A stretch of 64,000 nucleotides of DNA, from the NCBI GenBank assembly GCA_943788985.1, contig CALSSJ010000030.1:1-64000 (forward strand). The letters are read 5' to 3'. Below, piece by piece: positions 1-10,531 of the stretch. Source of the DNA: an uncultured Lentisphaerales bacterium (lineage in GTDB: Bacteria > Verrucomicrobiota > Lentisphaeria > JABSQK01 > UBA12247). Under the pieces are notes generated by a model, which did no database searches, was not told the origin of the DNA, and worked only from the letters and a program-made list of their open reading frames with translations. The position numbers and the translations under genes are program-made. Every line of letters starts with the position of its first letter. Position 1 is the first letter of the stretch.

Positions 1-360
1 GGCGTCCAGTTCATCTTCGCCCCGGTACTTCCGCTGCGCGTTAAGCGCCATCTTCAGAAAGTAGGTGCAGCTCACGCCTGGAATCTCGACCGGATACTGA
101 AAGGCCAGAAACAACCCTTCGCAGGCTCTCTTTTCGGGCTCCAGGTCCAGCAGATCAGAGTCATTAAAAATCACCTCGCCCTGGGTGACTTCGTAGGCAT
201 CATGGCCAGCCAGCACTTGGGCCAGCGTGCTCTTGCCGGACCCATTCGGGCCCATAATTGCGTGGGTTTCGCCACGATTAACTTTCAGGCTAATGCCCTT
301 CAGAATTTCGGTGCCATCAACGGATGCGTGTAGATCGCGAATCTCAAGAAAAGTAGACAT
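1..360 (-). CDS. sufC: Fe-S cluster assembly ABC ATPase SufC (runs off window edge)
   Basis: Manual translation from ATG at 360: [53 protein letters not shown]...[15 protein letters not shown]; directly downstream of sufB. Confidence 0.95.
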   Translation of the reverse strand, partial: MSTFLEIRDLHASVDGTEILKGISLKVNRGETHAIMGPNGSGKSTLAQVLAGHDAYEVTQGEVIFNDSDLLDLEPEKRACEGLFLAFQYPVEIPGVSCTYFLKMALNAQRKYRGEDELDA

Positions 361-404
361 AATATCTCAAACAGACTAAGAATAGGAATTAAAAAGAGGA
401 ACGG

Positions 405-1896
405 TCAGCCGACGCTGCCTTCAAGGCTCACACCGAGCAGCTTCTGGGCTTTCGACGGCAAAACTCCATCGGCAACTCACGGAAGACTTCCTTACAAAAG
501 CCGTTCACGATCATACCGATTGCGTCTCTTCCAGCGGAATACCGCGCTGCTGACAGTAAAAAAGCTGATCTTCGCCGATCTTAGAAGTAGAGGGCTTCAT
601 GTTCGACCTGCCCCGGTGGTATTCCCCACCTCGATGTAGGGAAAAGTGTGCGCGCCACATTTGTCACCCAGCAGCAACGAATCGCACTGCGAGTAGTTTC
701 GCGCGTTCTCGGCCCCCTTGGCAATGCGCACCAAGCCCCGATAAGTATTCTGGCCGACCCCGGCAGAGATTCCCTTCGAGATGATCGTGCTCTTGGTGTT
801 CTTGCCCAAATGCACCATTTTTGGTACCAGTATCCGCTTGCTGGTAGTTGTTTGTCAGCGCCACGGAATAGAATTCCCCGACACTATTGTCGCCCTTGAG
901 AATACAGCTTGGGTACTTCCAGGTGATCGCGGAGCCGGTTTCTACCTGGGTCCAGGAGATCTTGCTGTTGTCACCATCTGCGCGTCCGCGCTTGGTCACA
1001 AAGTTGAAGATTCCGCCCTTCCCGTCCTTATCGCCCGAGGTACCAATTCTGGACCGTAGAATACTTGATCGTCGCGTCCTTATGAGCGAACAGCTCGACA
1101 ACCGCTGCATGCAGCTGGTTCTCATCACGCTGCGGTGCCGTGCAGCCTTCGAGATAGCTCACATGCGCGCCCTCGTCCGCAATCAGACAGCGTGCGTTCA
1201 AACTGACCGGTGCCAGCGGCGTTAATCCGGAAGTATGTCGACAGCTCCATCGGGCAATGCACGCCCTTGGGCACATAGCAGAACGAGCCCTCGCTAAACA
1301 CTGCAGAATTCAGCGCCGCGTAGAAATTATCCCCGATCGGCACCACCGAGCCCAAATACTGCTCGATCAGCTCCGGGTAGTCTTTCACAGCCTCGGAGAA
1401 CGAGCAAAAGATAACGCCCATCTCGAGCAGCTTATCCTTGAACGTCGTCGCGACCGACACGCTATCAAAAACCGCATCCACAGCAACGTTGCTCAGGCGC
1501 TTCTGCTCACCGAGCGAAATGCCCAGCTTCTCGTAGGTCGCCAGCAACTCGGGATCTACTTCATCCAAGCTCGCCAGCTCCTTCTTCTGCTTCGGCGCAG
1601 CGTAGTAAATAATCTCATTAAAGTCGATTTTCGGGTAGCCCACCTTTGGCCAGGTTGGCTCCGTCATCGTCAGCCACTTGGCGTAGGCTTTCAGCCGAAA
1701 ATCCAATAAAAAATTGCGGCTCGTTCTTTTTTGCCGAGAGGAGCCGAATGACGTCCTCATTCAGGCCAGGAGGAATGGTCTCCGTCTCGATATCCGTCAC
1801 GAATCCATATTTATACCCACCATCCGTAAAGGCCTTGACGGTCTCCCGTGTTTCGGGCGCCATACGTTCTGCCACTGCAGCCGAAGGCTCGCTCAT
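405..1896 (-). CDS. sufB: Fe-S cluster assembly protein SufB, split by several frameshifts (likely sequence errors)
   Basis: Consecutive frame fragments: [97 protein letters not shown], ending EGSVG-TGA at 405. Confidence 0.93.
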
Positions 1897-1995
1897 TTCC
1901 TGGTCCTCACATAATTCGATGTCGACACGGCGCGGCGGCCGCAAATCAAAGGTGCGATAGGAAAAGTACGACCAAGATGATCCCCTTTCAATCCG

Positions 1996-2020
1996 ATACC
2001 CGACAAAAAGAGTCCTATTT
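1996..2020. promoter_or_regulatory. Putative IscR/Rrf2-type operator upstream of sufB
   Basis: ATACCCGACAAAAAGAGTCCTATTT resembles the IscR type-1 consensus ATASYYGACTRwwwYAGTCRRSTAT; ~100 bp upstream of the sufB start. Confidence 0.4.
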
Positions 2021-2104
2021 TGGAATCGCATCCCGCAAAAACCTGATTGCAAGCTGCGATAACCTCGATATTGTACCCGGCTTCAGAGCCGAGGGGCCTT
2101 CTGC

Positions 2105-2184
2105 ACACCGGTAGCTCAGTTGGGTAGAGCAGCGGACTCTTAATCCGCTTGTCCAGGGTTCGAAATCCCTGCGCCGGTGTACCA
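2105..2184 (+). tRNA. tRNA-Lys (anticodon CTT)
   Basis: Acceptor ACACCGG/CCGGTGT, D arm GCTC/GAGC, anticodon arm GCGGA-CTCTTAA-TCCGC, T arm CAGGG-TTCGAAAT-CCCTG, 3' ACCA; has a few extra bases. Confidence 0.9.
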
Positions 2185-2794
2185 CTTCTCCCGCCTGAAA
2201 ACATCCAGTCTGGCGCGACCTACTTGTCGCCGCCACGGCGGCCCACCACTACAAGTCGTGATGCGCGCCACCGACGCGATCTGCGGACTAGGTCATTGAC
2301 GAGCGGGCTGAGCGCCGCAAGCACGCCCGCTAGGCAACTCCACCCATAGCCTAGCCCCCCCAGCCTGGTGGCAACGCCCCAGGTCAGGATGACCTACCGA
2401 GTTGAACGCTGAGCGCCGAAGGCACAACCGGAGGGGAACGTGTTCCTCACCAGACTGCGCCACGTCACTCACCTGATGAAGAGCGCCCAACTGCGCTCCC
2501 TGCGTTGCTCTGATCATCCAGGCGGAACGAGACCGCGAGCGGTCACCCTCTATGCTGGCCACCTGTGGGACAAACCACCGGCAGCAAACGCCGTTGCCGC
2601 GCGCACTTGCGGTGCGCCAGAATAAATCCGCATCTGGCAGTTTAGGCCAGCGGGCCGCCAGCGCTCCCAGTCCAGCCGAAGCGCTAAAGCTGGGCAGCGT
2701 CCGGAAATACGTGCATAGTGTTGCTCCGAGCCCCAAGCGCAGGTAAATCTGCAATTCCATTGGACGTCGGGGAGAAAGCGCGTAACGATTAGGC

Positions 2795-3379
2795 ATGCAT
2801 TCCCCACCCGCCATCCCAACTCTTGTTCAACAGGCACAAGCCGGTAGCGACCAGGCGTTCGCGGAGCTGGCTCAGCAGTTCGACGTCCGCCTGTGGCGGA
2901 GCGCCTTGGTGATGTGCCGAGACGAGGTATCGGCCCGTGATCTCGTGCAAGAAACCTGGCTGGAGGCATGGAAGTGCCTGCAGCGGTTCGACGGCCGATG
3001 CCAGTTTTCGACCTGGCTGCATGGCATCCTGCGTCATCGCTATCTCAAGCTTGTGCGTCGGACTGCTCGTAAGCCACTTGTCCTCATACCCAGTCCCGTC
3101 GACGACGAGCCGGATCCTGGTCAAGCGCTGCCGGGAGCCGCCCTAGAACGCCGCGAGATGCACACGGCCCTCCGCGAGCTGTTGGCAGTCCTGCCTGATG
3201 AGCAGCGCCAGGTGCTCGAGTTGCGCTTTTGGGCCAATGCCGCACTTGCCGATATAGCGACGGCACTCGACTGTCCCGAAGGCACCGTCAAGTCGCGCTT
3301 GCACCACGGTCTCAAAAAGCTGAGAAATAATCCGGACTGTTTGAACCTTCTCGGCTCGGACGGGGAATCAGGAGCGTGA
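2795..3379 (+). CDS. ECF RNA polymerase sigma-70 factor
   Basis: ARDLVQETWLEAW...FSTWLHGI (region 2) and IATALDCPEGTVKSRLHHG (region 4). Confidence 0.92.
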   Translation: MHSPPAIPTLVQQAQAGSDQAFAELAQQFDVRLWRSALVMCRDEVSARDLVQETWLEAWKCLQRFDGRCQFSTWLHGILRHRYLKLVRRTARKPLVLIPSPVDDEPDPGQALPGAALERREMHTALRELLAVLPDEQRQVLELRFWANAALADIATALDCPEGTVKSRLHHGLKKLRNNPDCLNLLGSDGESGA

Positions 3380-3900
3380 TGATGAATCCCCACTGTCAGA
3401 AATTTGAGAAACTTGTCGACCTGGAGGCCGCAGGCTGGCTCTTGCCCGAAGAAGACGCGCTCCTCGCGGATCACCTGCAGTCCTGCGCCAGCTGTCGCCA
3501 ACAAGCTGACGCAGCAGACCAGATCGCGCAGCTGCTGGCAAACTCCGCTGTGACTGCCGCTCCCGTGATTGATCTCGCAGCCTTTCCCGCACCGGCCAAG
3601 CACAACCTGTGGAAATGGCTCCTAGTCTCCGCCGCCGCGGCCTGCCTGGTCCTCGCTTTGCGAATTCCGCAAGCCGTGTCTACGTCTGCCCCCGTCGGGC
3701 TGCCTGTCACCGTGGTGTCGACGGCGCTCCAGCAGGAGAAACTGGCTGCGCTCTCCGCAGCGTTGCCCAGTCTCGCGACCTATCGCCAGGCCGCTTCACT
3801 TTCTGACCACGATCTAGATCGTCTACTCGCAGCCCATAACCGATGCATCGACCTCTATGCGCCACCAACAACCATGCTGACTCACCGAATCACTCGATAA
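3376..3900 (+). CDS. Zinc-finger (HxxxCxxC) anti-sigma factor, single transmembrane helix
   Basis: DHLQSCASCR motif followed by hydrophobic WKWLLVSAAAACLVLAL; overlaps sigma factor stop (GTGA). Confidence 0.8.
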   Translation: MMMNPHCQKFEKLVDLEAAGWLLPEEDALLADHLQSCASCRQQADAADQIAQLLANSAVTAAPVIDLAAFPAPAKHNLWKWLLVSAAAACLVLALRIPQAVSTSAPVGLPVTVVSTALQQEKLAALSAALPSLATYRQAASLSDHDLDRLLAAHNRCIDLYAPPTTMLTHRITR

Positions 3901-3911
3901 GGACTTCCGCT

Positions 3912-5533
3912 ATGAAACCATCCCGCCTCTCCTTCCCACTTGCCCTACTCATTTTACTCCTGGCAATCAGCGCCGCCTTCGCAGTGGACACCCAAGTCAC
4001 CATCAAATGCCGTATTCTGGGCGTGAGCAGTGGCAGCCCGACGTCGATTAGCGCTCCGAGAGTCGTCGTGTTGGCGGGCCAGCAGGCGACCATCGCAGTC
4101 AGACAGGAGCATGTGCTGGCACTCGCAGACTCCGAACTATCCGATCACACACAGACTCTGACCGACGGCCTCCTTCTCGAGGTCTGCCCCGTCGTGGTCG
4201 GTGGCCGGGTGCTACTCAAGGGGACCGTCACCTTTACCCCGAGCATAGCGCCCGCGTCTTTCCACAAAACTGAGCTGGAAGCCTCGGCCACGCTGCATCG
4301 GCAAGAGACTGCCTTCGTGCTGTCGATGATTCCTGGTGAGTCTAAAACACTCCCCATGGGCGAGCACACGACTGTCATCTTGCGGGCCACTCTGGCGTCC
4401 ATTGCCAATGCCGCCACCATATACTGGCAGGCCTTTGCCTCGCTACCGCCAGCGCCCGAAGGCGGAGACTCCGACGCCTTGACTGCCTGGCTCGCGAAGT
4501 CCGACACCGCCCTGTCTCAGCTGCACACCGCCGCCGCCTTGCCGCATTGCGACTGGGAACTCGACTACGATCTCGGATTAAACCTGACCTTGCCGCACCT
4601 CAGCAAGATGCACAGCCTTATCAAGGCGGCTGTCGCCCGTGCAGAAGCCAACATGGCCGACCATCCTGAACGCGCGCATGCCGACCTCCAAGCCCGCGAT
4701 GCGCGCTGCTGGCCATCTCGGCGTCGACCCATTGCTCATTGTCCAACTGGTGCGCATTGCCATAGAACGTCAAGCTGGCGAAAGTGCTGGCGCAACACCC
4801 TGGCCGGCATGCCGGCGGCTTCTCTGAAAGTCATGGCAAGGGCTGCTGGCAGCGCAACCTAACCCGCCCTCCCTGACAAGGGGTGTTGGAGGCAGAGAGC
4901 CACGCCAGCCTGGGCCACCTGCGTAGCCTGCTCGCTGAAGCCGACGCGGATGCCGCCGAGACAGTGCGAAAGGCGACAGGCTTGGATATCGCTGCCGGCC
5001 CGGATCTGGAGAGAATGCTCGATGTAGCCGAAGCCGACTATCGCGAATTGGTCCGTCTTGCCAAGCTGCCGTCATCCGAAAGGATGCCCGCCTTGACCAC
5101 TTTCGAGCAGCAACTTCAGACCACATCAAAGGACCACGCCTTATCGAAACAGCTGATTCCTGCCATCGTAAAAGCTGCCGGGAAAAACTGTCTAGGGCCC
5201 GTTGCGGACTCCGCAGCTCTGCAAAAGAAGCTCGACGCATTGCACCGCCAACGCACTGCTATGATAGAGAAGTTGGACGCCATCATCATCCCCCGCCTTT
5301 CCCCTCAAAGACGCGGAGCTTGCCGACGTCATCAAGTTCCTTTCGCGGGCGCGCCAAAGAAACTCGACCCCGCGCAGAAAGGCGTGAACATTATTTGGCA
5401 GCAGGCGAATACTATTCCAGCCACGGTCAACATCGAGCTGGAGAATATCCCGCTTAGCGAAGCGATCCGCTACATCGCCCAGATAGCAGGCGTCTCGTTT
5501 GCCTTGGAAACACACGCCGTCGTTCTGCGCTAA
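3912..5533 (+). CDS. Exported hypothetical protein with secretin-like N-terminal segment and C-terminal STN-like domain; frameshifted
   Basis: Signal peptide MKPSRLSFPLALLILLLAISAAFA; APRVVVLAGQQATIAV; helical NAATIYWQA...CDWELDY...LPHL; C-terminal IELENIPLSEAIRYIAQIAGVSF; joined from ORFs 3843-4862, 4639-4827 and 4883-5533. Confidence 0.55.
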
Positions 5534-5569
5534 GCCATTCATTCTGAGGCCGAAGGCCGCTAGCTGTCC

Positions 5570-5746
5570 TGCGCCGACCACGTAGCGGTAGCCAGCTTTC
5601 AAGAGTTGATCAACTTCCTGCAACGCATCTTTGCAACTGCAACCAGAGCGAAACCCATGGCTCCAGTCGGCAAACGTGACTTCGAACACTGGTTCAAAAA
5701 CCAGCTTGAACGCGGCCTGAGCGATACGGTCGCGGACGCAAGGAGC
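5570..5746 (-). pseudogene. Group II intron reverse transcriptase/maturase fragment
   Basis: APCVRDRIAQAAFKLVFEPVFEVTFADWSHGFRSGCSCKDALQEVDQLLKAGYRYVVGA matches the RT2-RT3 pattern IPxVRDRxxQ...EPxFE...SYGFRPxRS...YVVDAD. Confidence 0.85.
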
Positions 5747-6106
5747 TGAAGACAAGAAAAGAAACAGGTGATTTAGATACCGCATTTGCCACTCCTTTTT
5801 TGGGGGGGAGTCACTATGATAGTCCGACCACAGCGCTGTTGCAAAGTAGGGGCAAACCACTCGGATGTGTGAATGACTGCAGCGAGTGTGCAAGGGGCCA
5901 TAGGGGCCCTGGTGTCTGTTTTGGGAATCGCGATTTATGACTCGCGAGTAGGATGACGCATCGACTTTGTGAGAACTCTGCAGCGGTGCCGTCCAGAAAG
6001 GAAGCCGTCAGTGTGTCAACGAGTCAAGTGGTCTACTCGCTGGTCGGAAGTCACTAGTCCAAAGCAAAAACGAAAGGCGGCAAACCTGCCTTGCCCTACC
6101 GGTAGT

Positions 6107-6530
6107 CTACTTCTCGACCGGGAGGACGATACCGCGCATGATGATGTTCTGGCAAAAGGAGAAGATCACGAAAGCCGGGACGGCTGCGATCAAGAGTGAG
6201 GCGAAAATGATACCCTCCCCGCTGCGCTGCTGAAGCTGATAAAGCCAGGGCATCATGAAGTTGCCCTAGGCATCGGTAAAGGTGTTCAGCGTGATCACCG
6301 CCGGGATGGGCTTCGACAGGCTCATGGTGATCTGCCAGAAGATGCGAAACTCGCCGACACCATCGATGCTGGCACTCTCGTAAGGCTCCTGAGGCAGGCT
6401 GTCAAAGAAGCCTTTCAGTAGGAAGATCGAATAGCCGTTGCCAAGCCCAGGCAAGATGAGCGCCCAAAAGGTGTTGAGCATGTTGAACTCGCGGAGCATC
6501 AGAAAGACGGGAATCTGGGTGACCATGGGC
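6107..6530 (-). pseudogene. Carbohydrate ABC transporter permease, C-terminal remnant
   Basis: IFLLKGFFDSLPQEPYESASIDG (EAA loop); in-frame TAG at 6266-6268, then WLYQLQQ...FCQNIIMRGIVLPVEK-stop; no N-terminal half. Confidence 0.8.
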
Positions 6531-7044
6531 GCGCTCGGCCGGCCCATCTGTCGGCACCGCAAACAGACCGATGCAGCAGGGATAGTTTTGCCAGAAACCG
6601 TTTCCCTGGCCAGATATGTGTACTCTTCCCACACTGTGGGCATTGAGCCGTACCATCGATCATCCAGCCGCTCCGCGAATCGCTTCGCTCACCTTTTCCC
6701 GACGCATGCTCCTGTGCGTAAGGTTATTAGTACCGAAAGTTGACCGATTGTCACTTGTAGATTCTGGAGGACTCAGTAGACATACGGTCGATAAAGGCGT
6801 AGAGGTTTACGCCAGACAGCTTCGTCATATTGGTCCCGTAGCTTCACACCAGCAAGGTTTGTCACGTGATAGGCGCTAGAGGCAAAAGAGCAATCTAAAA
6901 GGCTGTTGCGATGGAAACGAAAAACCAAAAGAACTTAGACGACTTCCTGCATGCTCAAGACGATGTGGGGTAAGAGTCGTCGCCGATCTCGCAACACATG
7001 AAGCGAACTAATGAGCGCACGAAGGCAACAAACAAGAGGCCACC

Positions 7045-8305
7045 ATGACTGACACCCCACACATCGACCGGCGCAGCTTTCTGCAGGCGACTACCGCTGG
7101 CCTGGCGCTTGCTGGCATCAGCCATACCGCCGTTGCCGCCCCCACAGAGCCAGCCGAGACTGAATTGGACCACGACATCACCACAACTGTAGACATTTTG
7201 GTGGTCGGTGGTGGCACAGCTGGGACCATTGCCGCGATCCAGGCGGGGCCGGGCAGGAGCCAAGACCTTGCTCACTGAGCGCGGCGCCCAACTTGGCGGT
7301 ATGACCACCACCGGCGGCGTCTCCTACCCCGGACTTTTCGATGCCTGGGGCAAGCAAGTCATTGCCGGAATCGGCTGGGAATTGGTCAAAGAAAGCGTTG
7401 AACTCGACGGTGGCGCGCTGCCCGACTTTGCCAGAGTGCCCAAGGCCCATTGGCAAAACCAGGTAAGGGTCAACCAGTTTCTCTATGCGATCCTCGCTGA
7501 GGAAAAATGTACCCAGGCGGGGGTCGAGATTGCCTACTATGAGTTCCCGCAGGCGATCGTCGCCACGGCGGATGCCTGGCAGGTGGACTGTGTAGGCTTT
7601 GGCACCCGCCGGCGGGTGCTTTGCAAGCAGATCATCGACTGCACCGGCGGCGCCGAAGTGGTGGGGATGCTGGGGCTGGAACGGATGCGCGAAGAGGAGA
7701 CTCAGCCGGGCTCTATGCTCTTCAAACTGGGCGGGCACAACGAGCCGGGTCGCGCCGGCCTCCAGGCCCTCTATGTGCATGGGGCCGACTCCTCTAACTC
7801 CCGCACCGTGACCACCGCCAGCCTCACTGGGCGCAAGGCAGTGCTTGCCAAGGTTCGCAAGGACGAGAAGCGCCTGCTACACCTGCAACCAGAACCGGGC
7901 TTTCGGGAGAGCTTCCGCATCGTCGGCGAGACCATGATCACAGTTCAGGACTATACCTCAGGGCGTAAGTTTCCCGATGCGGTTGCCAATGCCTTTTACC
8001 CAGTAGATCTGCACACTAAGAGCGGCGTTCGGCCCAAGCCTCTGAAGCGGGGGACCGTGCCCACCATCCCGCTGGGCGCGCTCATCCCCAAGGGCAGTCG
8101 CAACATCCTGGTTGCGGGCCGCAGCCTTTCCAGTGATCGTCTGGCCAACTCAGGGCTACGCGTCCAGGCCCCCTGCATGGCCATGGGCCAGGCCGCCGCC
8201 GCAACCGCTGCCCTCGCTGTTCAGCAAGGACTCAGCCCGCTCGAAGTTCCCCTCACCGACATCCGCGCACTCCTCCGCGAGCATGGCGCCATCGTGCCGG
8301 GGTGA
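7045..8305 (+). CDS. Tat-exported FAD-dependent oxidoreductase (frameshift near 7250)
   Basis: IDRRSFL twin-arginine signal, DILVVGGGTAG Rossmann motif, LGGMTTTGGV, IIDCTG, IPLGALIP, MGQAAATAAALA. Confidence 0.88.
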
Positions 8306-8324
8306 GTGAACGGGTCCGTGAGAG

Positions 8325-9253
8325 GTGAAGCGTCCTGCCGTCACTCTTCTTGCTGCACTGACCTTTACCGTGCTGGCGGTCACGGGGGGTGGTGGCGTTT
8401 GTGCGCCCGTTCTCGATCAAGGTCGTGGGCCTGCACGCGTTGACCGGCTTTGCCTTCATGGCCTTGGTCGCGGCGCACGCAGCCAACAACATCCGCCCGC
8501 TCAAGGGCCACCTGCGGTTGAAGCTCGCGTGGGCCTGCCTCGGGCTGGTCACGATTACCAGCGTGGTCATCTGGCTGCAGCCGCGGGCCGGTCAAGTCCT
8601 TGCTACGGCTAAGCGCCAATACGGGGCCCGCACTCGACCGCTTCGAGGTCAAGGACGACGGTATCGTCTACCATTACAGTCCGGCCCCGAACTACCGCAT
8701 GATCCTGACCATCCGCGCCGGTGCCAACTACGTCCCAGAAAACCCGCCGCATCTGGCGATCTGGCTGGAGAACCAGGGTGCGTACCACATCAAAACCTTG
8801 CATGCCCCGGCTCCGGAGCATGCAGACCGCCTCCCGTTCTGGCGCTTCAAACGCGAGGGCTGGGAAGAGGCCAAGGCTGAGGCCGCAGCCGCCAAACCAG
8901 CAGACGAAGTCGATGCAATTTCCGGTGCCACCCCCAATGGTTCCTTCGACCCTGCCGACTACATCCTCCCCGCGGACCCGGACAATCCCATGCCCTACAG
9001 ACTGCTGATCGAGATCGATCAACCGGGCGACGCCAACGCCTTCTTTGGCGATCAGCCCTCCTTGGTCTACACCGTCGAGATCGACAACCTTGTGCCCACC
9101 ACCTTCCAAGTCCTCGAGATCAGCGGGTATCCCAAACGGGACGAGCAGCCCGGCAAGGAAGCCTGGGAGCTGTACTACGTCGACGATCAGTTCACCACTG
9201 CCTGGGAGCTGATCGACAGCGCCCTGTTGACGATCGATCGTCGTGCCCCATAG
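8325..9253 (+). CDS. Membrane DUF4405-like domain fused to DUF2271-like domain with FMN-attachment motif; two frameshifts
   Basis: N-terminal TM helices with His (GLHALTG...VAAHAANN); PHLAIWLE...HIKTL...LPFW and VDAISGAT; joined from ORFs at 8325, 8389 and 8600. Confidence 0.65.
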
Positions 9254-9623
9254 CGACCGCAGAGCCGGCCGCATTCGTAGTGATGAAAACGGCTTCTGGT
9301 GCCCCCCCGGATGAATTGTCCCGACCAGTACGCCCTGGCGGGGGCCAAAGGGGGGGGCGCCATCAGCCCGTGGATAAACTCTGAATTTGCTGCGAGCCGC
9401 TCTTTTGCCCGCGCGTGTTGAGCTCTTAGCTGCCAAAATGAGGACTCTGTTATTCCCTGCACAAGCGGTTGCTGAGCCATGGGGTTGTGATATGCTCTGC
9501 TTCGTCTGAAGGCATTCATTGGGCAACAAATTCTTCGTCTGCAGAGTGCAGACGCACGCAGTGCTCGGGCCTGTTTACATTCCTAATTCGCATCTACCCA
9601 CAGCCAAAATAAAGGCGGAACTT

Positions 9624-10442
9624 ATGGCTCTTAGTGTCAACGGCACAACGATTTCCGACGAAAGTATTGAAGCAATGTTTAAGCAACTGGCGCAGCAGCG
9701 CGGCGCACAGGGAGCGGCCGCGGCGCCCGAACGACAGCTGCGTGACTGGGCCCGTAACTCGATGATTGACCAGACACTTCTGCAGCAGGAGGCCGCGCTC
9801 GACCTGGAGCCTGTCACGACGGACGAGATCCACGAGTTCTACCGCCATTCAGAGGACAACCTGCGCGCTCTGCCATTGACGGACGCCAAGAAGGAGATCG
9901 CCTCGCGCATTCGGGCAAAACGCATCATCGACAAGGCGACCGAGAGCATTGGCGAGGTGACCGCCTCGGAAACGCGTGGGTTCTTCGATGCCAATCCAGG
10001 CCACTTCGAGATGCCGGAACGCATCCACGCCGCGCATATCGTGAAGCATGCAAAGACACCTGAAGAGCAGACCGTAGCACGTGACGCGATCGAGGCGCTC
10101 GCTGCCGAAATCGAGGCTGGGGCACCCTTCGAGGATGTCGCGGGAAAGCAGTCGGACTGCAGCGACAAGCAGGGAGATCTGGGGACCTTTCCGCGAGGTC
10201 AAATGGTCGAGGAGTTCGAGGAAGTGGCCTTCGCGCTTGAACCCGGCGGGATTAGCGGCCCCGTGGAGACGCCGTTCGGATGTCACCTCATCAAGGTGTA
10301 CGAGAGATTCGAGGCCAGCTCCGAGCCATTCGCGAAAGTGGCCGAATCGATCCGCGCGTATCTCGGCCAGCAGCGCCGCCAAACGGCGATCACCGATCGA
10401 ATCAAAGCGCTACGCGATGCTGCCACAATTATTGAGAGGTAG
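9624..10442 (+). CDS. Parvulin-type peptidyl-prolyl cis-trans isomerase
   Basis: ERIHAAHIV, FEDVAGKQSDC, GDLGTFPRGQMVEEFEEVAF, ISGPVETPFGCHLI. Confidence 0.9.
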   Translation: MALSVNGTTISDESIEAMFKQLAQQRGAQGAAAAPERQLRDWARNSMIDQTLLQQEAALDLEPVTTDEIHEFYRHSEDNLRALPLTDAKKEIASRIRAKRIIDKATESIGEVTASETRGFFDANPGHFEMPERIHAAHIVKHAKTPEEQTVARDAIEALAAEIEAGAPFEDVAGKQSDCSDKQGDLGTFPRGQMVEEFEEVAFALEPGGISGPVETPFGCHLIKVYERFEASSEPFAKVAESIRAYLGQQRRQTAITDRIKALRDAATIIER

Positions 10443-10531
10443 GGTGGTTGAGTCCGGGCCGTTTGACTTTGGTCAGCTGTCACTCACTGGATCGCGGCAG
10501 CCTGGGGCGCTGCCGAGGCGGTCACGAGGGG

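Noticed and set aside
5570..5746. RT fragment as part of a DGR, retron or defence RT system
   Set aside because: Only ~59 codons, no YADD, group II intron-type motifs, and no TR/VR pair, msr/msd or partner gene seen.
405..9253. Multiple frameshifts in sufB, the 3912-5533 gene, the FAD oxidoreductase and the DUF2271-like gene, read as programmed frameshifting or true pseudogenes
   Set aside because: Indels cluster at one end of the window, often in homopolymer or dinucleotide runs, and hit a typically essential gene and a tRNA; low-coverage consensus error is more likely.
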